DNA of 64,000 bases from Octopus bimaculoides. Lineage: Eukaryota. How positions within the stretch are numbered: the stretch's first letter is position 1; each line of letters begins with the position of its first letter. A program made the position numbers and the translations under genes. The DNA is taken from contig NC_068983.1 in the NCBI RefSeq assembly GCF_001194135.2, forward strand, positions 66,320,672-66,384,671. The letters are read 5' to 3'. Positions 52,201-64,000 of this stretch are shown piece by piece. Under the pieces are notes generated by a model. It was not told where the DNA came from, searched no databases, and saw only the letters and a program-made list of their open reading frames with translations.

Positions 52201-53999
52201 CCTATAAACATACAGAAACTAATGGGAGAATGAAGAGAATGAATGTCTAGACTGTAACATTGCGCTTCCATACAGTTAACCTCTACATGACATAATGTGA
52301 AGTATTTCTCCCAATTGTATGGATATATGGCATATCTAGAGGTAGATATGATTAGCTGATTACCTATGCCTTAGGTTTGACCAAGTAACAACAGCATTAT
52401 TTTAAGGGGAAATATTCTACATGCAAGCATGCAAAAAAGGCATAAAACAGCACCAAAATATTTGTGCTTAAAAATTGATAAAATGTTTTGATTTCCACCA
52501 CCTCCATCGTCCTCATCATTACCACTACTGCTGTTACCTCCACCACAGACATCAATATTGTCATCATTCAAATGTTTATATTTTTTATGGTTAAGTTAGT
52601 TCAAGGATTTTAAAATATTGCATCTCGTCTTATCAATGAAAGTTAGCGTTCCCTGATCTAAAGACTTCTTTCTAGGTTTTCCTTTTGTTTATCTATATTT
52701 TAACTACATTTAACCATGAATTCTCAACACATTTTCATGCAACTGCGTCGTCTATTCATACTACATATCCATATCGATGAAGGGTCTCTCTCTCTCTCTT
52801 TTGCATACACTGATTGATGCATCTGATACTCAACTACTTTTTCAAATGCTTTAAATCAACCTTTTAAGTTAACATCACACATCTAAGACATGATACTAGA
52901 TGAATTCATTTCACATACTTCTAGCTTTTACATTTATAGTCCATGTTTTACAGGGAAACATTAATTACATTTCTTGAACAAACTTCATATGATTTACTTT
53001 TTGCATGGGAAGAAATACCTTTTGTTTTGTTATCGTTGAATAGCTGTGATGCCTTCTGCTTGAACAGGTCGGTAGCATAGAAGAAGCCAACCAAATGATT
53101 AAGATCAGCCAAGAAGTCCAGAATCTAGAGATAAGTAAATATAAGATGTTCTGTATATTAATGTGGGCAGAACTTCAGTATTTAACCAACATTGTAAACA
53201 TAGCAGCCTTGTCTTTATTGTTGGGTGGGTTGTCATAAAATTTTATGACTTAAAATAGGAAGCTTATTTTTAAAGATAATAGGGTGTTTGTTAAGTGAGT
53301 GTTAACTGCTACCCTGAGATTATCAAAAAATAGATACACAATCTATTGCAAAGTTACAGAAAAGAATTTGTTGCCATGCAGTCGAAGTTCTCAAAATTTC
53401 AATTATATTTGATTATATCAATTGAATAGTTTTTTTAATGTCTGAGGTATTAATTAATTGAAAATTCATATCAGAACATTTTTGTGACAATAATTAGTTA
53501 GTATGTTAAATACTAACCATACAAGATATTATTAGAAATACTAAATTTACACGAAGTCTTTAAATCTGTGTTAGATCTAACTTGGAAATATTGTCGAACT
53601 GTCAGTTTAATTGAATCTTCAGTTGTCAAGTGCAATAATACATCTTACTCATCAGCTGAAACTAATATTTGCTTCTTCAAATATGTATTGGAAAGCATGA
53701 ATTTCCATTATATGACTATCTGTCATTTTATATATATTTAGTATTACTTCAAAATCATCTGGCTGGTGTATCAACAAATCTGGTATAAAACATTCCTTCT
53801 GTGTTTTGGGCTCAAGTTCTATCTATTTAATTTAAACATTTGAGTTTGTTATTGTTGTGTAGCCTTACATTAGCTCAAAGTGACCTGAGTTATGGTACAT
53901 ACTTTGACAGTAAAATAGCAAAGTTCAACCTATAGATTTACTGATCCATGTATATGTGTGTATGTACATGAATATCACTGTATTGACCAAACTCTCAAT

Positions 54000-54266
54000 G
54001 TTGTTAAACACTGCTGATCACAATGCACTTACATTGTTGTAGCTTTCAAATGATGTCACTCTATTGCCCAAGCAGACAAACCTATGGCATCTAAGTAGCT
54101 GAAATTATGACATTACTTCTAAACAGAATGCCAGTCTGTTGCAAGGTATCTCACTTACAGGTGAGTGAACTGATATGTTTTGTTCAAGAACACAACACTC
54201 TGTCCCATCCAGGAACTGAAACCATAATCTTTCATTTATAAGTGCAGTCCCTAACCACTATGCCCC
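54000..54266 (-). mobile_element. Degenerate tRNA-headed SINE
   Basis: gttcaagaacacaacac...ccaggaactgaaacc...ccctaaccactatgcc. Confidence 0.6.
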
Positions 54267-54339
54267 AATGAATTACCGGTTCAATACCTAATATTTGTTG
54301 TGAATAATAATGTTCATAAAGCAATAAGTTTATATATAG

Positions 54340-54381
54340 ATCATGGTTTATAATCATTCAAAAGGAAGTAAGAAAATGGAG
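54340..54381 (+). other. Candidate 42-nt symmetric cassette exon
   Basis: AG at 54338-54339, GAG|GTAAGT donor at 54382; two open phases (IMVYNHSKGSKKME or SWFIIIQKEVRKW); polypyrimidine tract weak; no partner exons identified. Confidence 0.4.
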
Positions 54382-54447
54382 GTAAGTTTTTACTAAATGC
54401 TGTATCTCCATTTTCTTACTTTCTTTTGAATGATTATAAACCATGAT
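54340..54447 (+). repeat. 42-bp stem, 24-nt loop hairpin
   Basis: 54340-54381 pairs with 54406-54447: 41 Watson-Crick pairs plus one G-U (54365/54422) on the + strand. Confidence 0.97.
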
Positions 54448-55049
54448 ATACATATGTATATATATAGTAAATCTAAAAAAAAGGAAGGAAGAACAAACGA
54501 AAAAAACAACAACAATGCAAGGACATGGTATATGTAAAGTATTAGCAGACACTCAGGGAAGGAAAGATAGTTTAATGTTTTGAGCAGATTCTCTCTGGTT
54601 CTCTTTTCTGTCATTTCCAACTGAGTTAGCCATGTATCTCCTCTACTGAAAGACACCTGTTTCAATCACCTCTTATAACCTGGCAGAAAGCCACCACCCT
54701 CACTACTACTCACCCTTTCAGGTGAGATATCTTGTCTTGCAATTTATTCGGTAACCTTGCTGCTGCTGCTGCTGGCTCCACACAAACAGCATTCAGTATG
54801 CTCTATAAAATAGTTGGAATTAGAAAGTGCATCCAGTCATAGAAACCAAGCCAAATCTGACAGTAAAGCTTGGCACAGTCCTTTGGATCACAAGCTCCTG
54901 TCAAGTCATCCAACCCAATACAGCATGGAAAGCAGAACTTAAATGATGAAGATGATGATATTCTCCCACCTCAAGCCTTATTTGGATTTATTCTTACAAA
55001 TGCATCATTGAGGCATACCAGCAAATGTTTTTTTTACATGATTTGATAT

Positions 55050-55187
55050 AGTCATAGACTGGTAATTCAGTTCGTCTCCAATTCGCTTCAGGAGTGTGAT
55101 GTTGATAAGCCACTAAAATGGAAAACATCGATGTCCATCACTCCTGAATGGGATTTTGGGTGAGCTGTCTTTTGCCTGTCTATGACT
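55050..55187 (+). ncRNA. Long irregular stem-loop, candidate structured RNA
   Basis: agtcatagac/gtctatgact, ggtaa/ttgcc, cagttcg/tgagctg, tccaa/ttggg, ttcaggagtg/cactcctgaa and atg/cat; about five G-U pairs on the + strand. Confidence 0.4.
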
Positions 55188-55779
55188 TACAGGTGCTTTA
55201 ACACCCAGTGATTTGAGTGAGCCATCCCTACCATACTAAACCACTGCCTACTGGCAAACAAGGAAACAGCACATACATTGAGCATGTGTGGCCAATAATG
55301 TTTACAACTGTAGAGCTACTTCCAGTTCTTATTTGAATATATAAATATGTGTGTGTGCATTTATATATAACTATATATATATATATATATATATACTCAA
55401 ATACAAACACACTTCACTCTCATGCATATATATGTGCATACACACTCACAACTACATATCTTGAGCAATTTAAAAATAAACTGAATGATTTATTTAGCAA
55501 TTTCCCATTGTTTTATCCCCTCTTTCTGCCTTCATTAATTTATCTCAGTTTTTCATTTTTTTTTTTTTTTTACTTATTGTATGATTGCACATAACTCCTC
55601 AATACTAACATTACTGTCGGATCAAGTGTTCATACGGCTGGATTTTCTTTCACTGGACTACTAGATACAACTAAACTGACATAGACAATGAAAGATATAC
55701 AGTAGTCGGGGTATGATTTAGCTGCTATTTTTGACACAGATTTTCCCTTGTCAGTTGATAATATTGGTTTCAAATTTTG

Positions 55780-55990
55780 GCATAAGACCAGCATTTTTCT
55801 GTGGGTGGGAGTAAGTCAATTACATCAACTCTGTTCTCAGCTAGAACTTATTTTATCGATGCCCACCCCCTATACACACACAAGAATGAACGGCAAAGTT
55901 GACCTTGGAGGAATTTGAACTCAGAACATAAGGATGGACAAAATGCCACTAAGCACTTTGCCCAGCATGTTGACAATTCTGCCAACTCAC
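55780..55990 (-). mobile_element. SINE (34176-type family)
   Basis: gaatgaacggcaaagttgaccttggaggaatttgaactcagaac...gccactaagcactttgccc. Confidence 0.75.
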
Positions 55991-56239
55991 CACTTTTGTT
56001 ATTGATAATATTGCTAGATAATCTGGTATCAACTGTTGCCAGCTTAGTGATCTGATAAAGTGTTCTCCATAAAATACAATGTTACATGCATCAAGATTGA
56101 AGCCTGACTGTATGATCTGTTGTGTGTAATTAACAATGTTTGGTTTGCAATCTACCAGTCTAAGTTTATAATCACAATGACCCTAAACCTTAACCTTTTA
56201 ATAGACATTTTCATTCATTGATTATTTTAGCTGACAGCT

Positions 56240-56490
56240 CAACATTCACTTACCTTGCACCTTAACATTCTTTTACTGTATACCGTTAATTCTTTCAGTG
56301 ATGTCTTAATATTATATTATATCATGTCTTAACATTCTTTCACCTGATGCATTCACATTCCTTTACATGATATCAATTTTTTTTTCCTTGAAACCTTAGC
56401 ATTCTTTTGCTGCTCACTTTAAACATTCTTTTACTTAACACCATAATATTATTTAACTTGATATCTTAAAATTCTTTTACTCGATATCTT
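56240..56490. repeat. Degenerate ~22-bp minisatellite (cttaacattcttttactygata)
   Basis: About 8 recognisable ttaacattctttt-like cores. Confidence 0.7.
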
Positions 56491-58079
56491 TGTGATAACT
56501 GCTGAGTATCTTCAACAATTCTCCCTTCGCAACAAATTCATAGAAACTTTGTCATTAAATGCATTTTATTTTTACCTCTCTCTTTGTTTCTGAATCACAA
56601 CTATCCATGGGATCACTACTTATCTCCAGTTTCCATGAGAGCATGAGAAACAAAAATTTCTTGATCTTATAGCAAATTGTCCTTTATGAGGGGGTTGGAG
56701 ATCGAACTCTGCACACTAAATCAATAAATCACAATTACAAAGTAATGCAATTGTTTACAGTGGGGAATTATATCACCGTCAGTAACTACTTATAGCTCTG
56801 GAGATTGTGCTATAGGGAGTAGATGTCTTGGCCATGACAACAACACAGTACATCTGAATGGGCTTGTCTACTGGTTACTTGATATTCAACTGACTTGGCT
56901 ATTGAGACTCATACTTATTCCTTTTTTAAAAGCAGAAATTCCCATCAACCCAAATCACTGAAAATCCCAACCATTTTGCTTTTGTAAAGAATTATTAATC
57001 TTAACATAAGGTAGTAAGTTTTGTAGTACAGATGGAATTCACAACCTTATTTCAGTTCAGGTCAAAATCTAATTTACTTCAGTTACACTGTTACTGACCT
57101 TCAGAAAGACATGAAATTCACAAAATTTCATTCAAACATTGCTAGGTATGTATAAGTTGCAAATCCATATTTCAGTGTAAATTATAGATATTGAAACACC
57201 CTATGTTACCCTTTAAAAGATTTCTGCATTTAAGCTTCTGTAAGGGACTGCTGTGCTGTTTCTAAAGATATTGCTATACACCACACTTAGTATAAATGTA
57301 TGCAAACATACATGCATGTATACATGTATGTACGCATGTATGTATGCATATATGTATGTATGCATGTATATATGTATGTATTTATGCATGTATGTATGTA
57401 CACATGTATAGATGTATGTACGCATGTAGGGCGGAGGTGTGGTTGATGTAAATATCAGTATTGTTGGGGATAGTGAAAGAATAAGAGTGGTTTAGCAAAG
57501 AGGAGTTGTTAAGTGGCAGTACAGAAAGAGAAGAGATATGCTGTATAAAAGACCTGTAGGTAGATCAGAAAACAAGTAGATTATGTACAGGCTGGAAGAG
57601 TGAGTGTAAGAGATTGAGAGAGAGAGAGAGAGAGAGATATGTATAGTGACAGGGATAGTTATCAGAGGTATTGTAGCAGTGGCTATAGTAAGTGGGAGTC
57701 AAAGATGGGAGGAGAGACCTTCAACAGCAGATATGATAGGGTGATGAGAATGACAGCAGATAAGAGAGTGTTAAAAATAATGTAACGGTAGTTCTTTAGG
57801 TAGTTGTAAACAGCTATATTTTCATTAGGAATGTGTGAAAGACTGAGTCTAGAGGGTGTTGAGCAAGTGGCTGAGACAGACGTTGGCAATTTGCTTCACC
57901 ACCACCAGAACGGTTAAATGTTCAAAGCCGAGAAACATAGCCCTCAAATATTTAGTCCACTAGCTGAGTGATAAAGATCAATAGAGTAAGTGGTAGCAGC
58001 AACACTATATACTTGGTCAGTGGTTTACTTGCTTGTAGTGCTAAGTTCACTTTGCTTTTAGAGAAAAGGTTGTAATATT

Positions 58080-58230
58080 TTAGACATTCTGAGTTCAAAT
58101 TCTATCAGGGTTGATTTTGCCTTTCATCCTTATGGAGTTGATAAAATGAGCACCAGTTGAGCACTGGGGTTGATGTCATTGACTTACCCACTTAACCTAA
58201 AATTGTACAAAAATTTAAAACAAAAATTTC
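58080..58230 (+). mobile_element. SINE (34176-type family)
   Basis: cattctgagttcaaattctatcagggttgattttgcctttcatcc...accagttgagcactgggg. Confidence 0.75.
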
Positions 58231-58339
58231 AGCATCCTGTCTGGGGACAAATTTTACCCTTATCCAATTGATACCTATAGAATACTCACAGAAACTAAGC
58301 CATATATACTAAGCTGTTGGGCTCTTGAAGTTCGTGAAA

Positions 58340-58899
58340 GGTTTTTACCATCACTACCAACACCGCTACAATGACGACGACCATGACCACCACCACCACC
58401 ACCATAAGTTCTTGTATTTCCTCCATAATATCATTGCAAATGGCAATGCTATTGCCTTCGATTCTTTGATCACTATGAATATCCTCATTTGTTCAGCAAG
58501 TCTACTGTTACCCCTCACTGTTGCTATTATCATAAGCTCTAACATCACTTCCAAGATTTCCATCATCCCAGCTATCGATACTAACTCTATCATTTCTTCC
58601 ACTACTACTCTTACTACCAACACCATCATTACTACCACATTCATTAATTTGAGAAAATCACCAGAAACAACATCAACAACAGCAATAAAAATACTGCTTT
58701 TAGAGTCAGCACTTACATATTAATGATAATAGTAACAGCACCACCACTACTACAACTACTTTGTTCATTACTCCTGTGTATTGAAGCATTCGCCACCTCT
58801 ACCAACAAATATACTAACCACATCACTGCAACAACTACCACCATCATCAACATTATTATCCTCCTCCAATATTACTAATATTACTACTACTACTACTAC

Positions 58900-58975
<76 letters not shown>

Positions 58976-59270
58976 TATGATGATGATGATAATAATAATA
59001 ATAAAACCACCACTACCCCCATCACCATCACTATCACCACCATCACTACCAGCACCATCACCACCACCACTATCACCATCACCGCCATCACCAGCACCAC
59101 CATCATCATCATCACCACCACCACTACCATAAACACCACTACAATCATCACCACCATCATCACCACCACTAGCACTGCCATCACCACCACCAAAAGCACA
59201 TCAGCACCAACGCCAGTACCTCTATCATCACCAGATACCCCCCAACATCAAGATGATTACTATCTCCATC
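58340..59270. repeat. Compound trinucleotide low-complexity tract, (AAT)n/(CAC)n/(CAT)n/(ACT)n
   Basis: Direct reading; explains the poly-N/T/I/V ORFs. Confidence 0.93.
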
Positions 59271-59769
59271 TTCGTCATTGATAAAACTATCTCAGCACAG
59301 TTTCATGTATCAGGTTAGTTGATAGATATATGAGTGCATACATAGTTGCATAATATCAGGATGGCTGCAGCAGCTTACATCAGGGTGCAGTGCATATGGA
59401 CAGTGAGCTTATATATTGCAGACTGTTAAAATTAGAGATGTTCCTTGTCTCTGAATGCACTATCACTGGCAGTTATATATTAATAGAAGCTAGTTTCATA
59501 TGTATGTTTATATATGCATAAATAGATAAGTATATATAGATGAGTATATATAGGTGCGTGTGTGTTTGTATGAACAAATACATATCTAGACGTGTATTAA
59601 AATGCATGCATATATATGTATTTATATCTACATAAATAAATAGTATATACATACATAAATAATATGTATGTAAGAATGTATGTATTTATGTATTATGTAT
59701 GTATGGAAATATATGCATCCATATATCTATATATGAATATATCTCTCATCTTTCTACCTCGCTGTCTCA

Positions 59770-59805
<36 letters not shown>

Positions 59806-60009
59806 NNNNNNNNNNNNNNNNNNNNNNNNNNNNNNNNNTATATATATATATTTATATATGTGTGTATACATGCCTATATGTGTGTGTGTATGAAGGTATG
59901 TACATACATGTACATATATATGCATATACTCATATATTGTTTGTATAAGTATATATATATGTATATATGCATATATACATATGTACATATATACATATAT
60001 TTATGTGTG

Positions 60010-60074
<65 letters not shown>

Positions 60075-60148
60075 GACAGGACAGCAAACATTAAGGCAAG
60101 GCAAACATCTCAAGTCATATAAAATATTATTATAGGAAGAAATTCAAA

Positions 60149-60203
60149 ATCTTACAGCTGTCTCTGGGATATCCCCAAGCATGGATATTCCATCATTAGA
60201 GAC
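60149..60203 (-). ncRNA. Degenerate minimal hammerhead-like motif (Penelope type)
   Basis: GTCT-CTAATGA-TGGAATATCC/GGATATCCCA (9/10 paired)-GAGA-C-AGCT-G-TA-AGAT; two core substitutions relative to CUGAUGA and GAAA. Confidence 0.55.
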
Positions 60204-60737
60204 AAATAGGGAAAATGAGAATGGTATATATTAATGAGATGACGACATAGAGGAAAAAGATTAAGGAGATGGAAGGAAAAGGAAGCATAAAAATTCCTAG
60301 TCAAACTTTCTGCAGTTATAATCTATAACTTCAGAAAGTGGAACTAGGAACTTTTATGCTTCTTTTTTTCTTTTTGGAAATCTGCAATGGGTCCATAACT
60401 ACCGTCTCGGCTATGACCTTGGAGCCCTAGTAATCCATTACAGCACTTACCTAGCCTACCTCAATATTTAGATCACCTGTGAACTAAACCCCTATACTTT
60501 GTATGTATGTATCTATGTATATATANNNNNNNNNNNNNNNNNNNNNNNNNNNNNNNNNNNNNNNNNNNNNNNNNNNNNNNNNNNNNNNNNNNNNNNNNNN
60601 NNNNNNNNNNNNNNNNNNNNNNNNNNNNNNNNNNNNNNNNNNNNNNNNNNNNNNNNNNNNNNNNNNNNNNNNNNNNNNNNNNNNNNNNNNNNNNNNNNNN
60701 NNNNNNNNNNNNNNNNNNNNNNNNNNNNNNNNNNNNN

Positions 60738-60770
<33 letters not shown>

Positions 60771-61031
60771 ATACATATGTATATATATGCATATCATATA
60801 TAGATATTTATGTGTATATATGTAGATACATGTGTGTGTAAAAAATAATAAAATTGAATTGAATTTAATGATTGAATTATGTAATTGATCAAATTATTGT
60901 TTAGGTTTCCATTTCTAATTTATATATGTATATACTCTTTACTCTTTTACTCCTTTAATTGTTTCAGTCATTTAACTGTGCCCATGCTGGAGCACCGTAT
61001 TTAGTCGAGCAAATCGACCCCAGGACTTATT

Positions 61032-61074
<43 letters not shown>

Positions 61075-61821
61075 CTCTAATGTACAACAAACCGATTTAA
61101 ATATAATAATTTAAATATTACATTAATTTACTACATATTGCATCAGTAAATGGTTATTTTTACATTTACATAAAATATAACAATGATATCTTCCAGTTTT
61201 GTGTATACAACTATAAAAAGCAAAACTTTAACTACTTTTATTTTCTGCATTTATGGATCACATATTGAAGGGAATAGAATTATGGGATTCATATTTACAT
61301 ACAGCCAAGGTGGATTACCGCAGAGGATTTTACCATGGATGTATATTATTTCTTCAAAATTTTTAGCACAAAGTTGTACCAATGCATATCTATACCAGTA
61401 ACTTTTTAAACAACATCTTTTTTATATATTTTTAAATAGCATTCGATTGACTACATGGAAATTCACCCTTTTAGATTTCATTTCGAAGGGTAATACATTC
61501 ATGAAATGATCGTAAGATATTTTAAGCTTTTTAAATAATCATACTTTATATATCTTTATATCTATCCATTAATACAATATTATTTGGGACATATATCTTC
61601 TGTGATGATTTTTGATGTAATTTTCCTGCTCTTATTTTATAATATATAATCATTCTAATTAAATGTTTAGATACCTTTAATGTTTTAGACATTTCCCTAC
61701 CAGGAGCAGTTATTAGAAATTCAGTATATTGTATTCTCATTGAATATATTTGATTAACGATATATATATTGAGCTCTATATATATGAAGAGCACTTAATA
61801 CCGGATTCATTAAGCATAGAA

Positions 61822-62492
61822 AAACAAATATCTAGGAATATCACTTAAAGATATACCTATCCCTTCTAAAGACACATATTTATTATCTCTGCTTCAGAAA
61901 ACCAATGACTTAATAAAAAGAATGAGATGGAAGGCCTTCTTTTATGATAACAATAATACTTTAAAAGACCGATATAATAATACTTATGGTATCAAATCTT
62001 ATAGAAATCCACCACACAACCCATTATTAAATGAATTTGAAAATGCAATATTAGAAATGGTTAAATCTATCAAAATCTCAAAATTTTCTTCCAAATATTA
62101 AAAGACTCTAACAAAAATTATTAAATCACCAAATGTACATTTTTTTTCTGATAAAACTGGAAATTCATATTCCATTACACCAGTACATTATCAAGACTTT
62201 ATCCATAAAGAACTATGTAAATCATATAAAATTCTTAGATGTAACTCTTGAACTCAATACCTCAACTTATTCTCCCTTCCATAGACCTAATGAATACCTC
62301 AAATATATAAACATTCATTCTAACCATCATATATCATTACTTAATAGCATTATAAACAGTATATCTATTAGAATCTCAGATCTATCCTGTAATGGAGAAA
62401 TGTTCAATAATCATGCAAACTATTACAATCAAGCTTTAGCTGCAAGTGGATTTAAACAAAATATTAAATATATAAAAGATAATAAAACCTAA
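61822..62492 (+). pseudogene. Internally deleted Penelope-like ORF (N-terminal domain fused to RT C-terminal/thumb region)
   Basis: SLKDIPIPSKDTY...LIKRMRWKAFF...YGIKS...SDKTGNSY...KSYK joined out of frame at 62228-62231 to KFLDVTL...YSPFHRPN...HSNH...YYNQALAASGFK. Confidence 0.85.
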
Positions 62493-62629
62493 GATTTATA
62501 TAGCACAAATGGAACTAAACCAAACTACACATGATACCACACATTTTCATTAATCTTTTTTTAGTAGTTGGCATTTGGTGAATGAGGGAGTTTGATGTTG
62601 CAGCTCTAAATTATACATACACATGTATA

Positions 62630-62830
62630 CATATTCTTTTTCTTGCTTCAATCATCTTGACTTTGGCCATGCTGGAGCACCACCCTTAGTCAAATAAATC
62701 AACCCCACAACTCATTCTTTCGAAGCCTATTACTTATTCTATTGTTCTCTTTTGCCAAACCTCTAAGTTACAGTGATGTAAACACCAACATTGGTTGTCA
62801 AGCAATGGTTGCGGAACAAGTACAATCACA
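62630..62830 (-). mobile_element. 3' half of CORE-type SINE
   Basis: ggccatgctggagcacc...ttttgccaaacctctaagttac...ttggttgtcaagcaatgg. Confidence 0.75.
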
Positions 62831-63548
62831 CAAATATATATATATATATATATANNNNNNNNNNNNNNNNNNNNNNNNNNNNNNNNNNNNNNNNNNNNNN
62901 NNNNNNNNNNNNNNNNNNNNNNNNNNNNNNNNNNNNNNNNNNNNNNNNNNNNNNNNNNNNNNNNNNNNNNNNNNNNNNNNNNNNNNNNNNNNNNNNNNNN
63001 NNNNNNNNNNNNNNNNNNNNNNNNNNNNNNNNNNNNNNNNNNNNNNNNNNNNNNNNNNNNNNNNNNNNNNNNNNNNNNNNNNNNNNNNNNNNNNNNNNNN
63101 NNNNNNNNNNNNNNNNNNNNNNNNNNNNNNNNNNNNNNNNNNNNNNNNNNNNNNNNNNNNNNNNNNNNNNNNNNNNNNNNNNNNNNNNNNNNNNNNNNNN
63201 NNNNNNNNNNNNNNNNNNNNNNNNNNNNNNNNNNNNNNNNNNNNNNNNNNNNNNNNNNNNNNNNNNNNNNNNNNNNNNNNNNNNNNNNNNNNNNNNNNNN
63301 NNNNNNNNNNNNNNNNNNNNNNNNNNNNNNNNNNNNNNNNNNNNNNNNNNNNNNNNNNNNNNNNNNNNNNNNNNNNNNNNNNNNNNNNNNNNNNNNNNNN
63401 NNNNNNNNNNNNNNNNNNNNNNNNNNNNNNNNNNNNNNNNNNNNNNNNNNNNNNNNNNNNNNNNNNNNNNNNNNNNNNNNNNNNNNNNNNNNNNNNNNNN
63501 NNNNNNNNNNNNNNNNNNNNNNNNNNNNNNNNNNNNNNNNNNNNNNNN

Positions 63549-63579
<31 letters not shown>

Positions 63580-63589
63580 AATCTCCCTC

Positions 63590-63870
63590 CCTCTCACTCC
63601 AGTCCACACTGTAAAGTGGTTGGCATTTGAAAGGCCATCTAGCTGTAAAAATCATGACAAAACTGACCTTGCCTGTACTAGTGCTATGTAAAAAGCACTC
63701 AGCCCACCCTGTGGGGTTGTTGGTATTAGGAAGGGCATCCAACCATAAAAACCATGCCAAAACAGACACAGAAGTATGGTGCAGGCTTCTGCCTGGCCAG
63801 CTCCTGTCAAATCATCCAACCCACACCAGCATGGAAGGAGGACATTAAATGATGATGATGATGATGACGA
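63590..63870 (+). mobile_element. RTE-tailed SINE/LINE 3' UTR with internal duplication and (GAT)n tail
   Basis: Two gtggttggcatt/ggtattaggaagggcatcc units, then ccagcatggaaggagacattaaat(gat)n. Confidence 0.75.
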
Positions 63871-64000
63871 TGATATGTATGTATGTACATATAGTTGCTT
63901 GTTTTTTGTTTTTTTTACCTACTCATCAAGTGTTCTTAAAGTAGTTATCTGAAAGAAGCACCCAGAAAATTATCCACATTTAATTATTAATTACCAATTA

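Noticed and set aside
58325-59281. Thr/Asn/His-rich ORFs resembling mucin or histidine-rich proteins
   Set aside because: Trinucleotide low-complexity DNA with no splice or start context.
1-64000. CRISPR arrays, rRNA genes, operons or other prokaryotic systems
   Set aside because: No regularly spaced repeat-spacer array, rRNA sequence or gene-dense coding structure; the DNA is repeat-rich metazoan sequence.

Overview
AT-rich eukaryotic genomic DNA from a gapped draft assembly. N runs lie at 5771-6443, 13569-13936, 15412-15623, 16800-17461, 21565-21606, 30094-30170, 35545-36108, 59806-59838, 60526-60737 and 62855-63548. The dense (TA)n/(CA)n/(CAT)n microsatellites, tRNA-headed SINEs, RTE LINE ends and Penelope-like remnants resemble an octopod cephalopod genome; this is an inference from repeat content. 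No intact host protein-coding gene can be supported, and nearly all listed ORFs are microsatellite or gap artefacts. The window reads as intronic/intergenic sequence around a CpG-retaining, promoter-like region at about 29.5-34.5 kb. Recognisable elements are RTE, L2-like and CRE-like LINE fragments, two Penelope-like RT fragments, a pogo/Tigger transposase fragment, three hAT MITEs, a 1.4-kb Helitron-type element splitting a SINE, and several inverted-repeat elements with degenerate minimal hammerhead motifs. Two observations stand out. (1) 40506-42645 is a 2.14-kb element encoding only an L1/Tx1-type ORF1 (RRM-like region plus CCHC knuckle), bounded by 105-bp structured terminal direct repeats and inserted into an old RTE. 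(2) 54340-54447 is a 42-nt AG/GTAAGT-bounded candidate cassette exon whose near-perfect antisense copy lies 24 nt downstream. All alignments and translations were done by eye.
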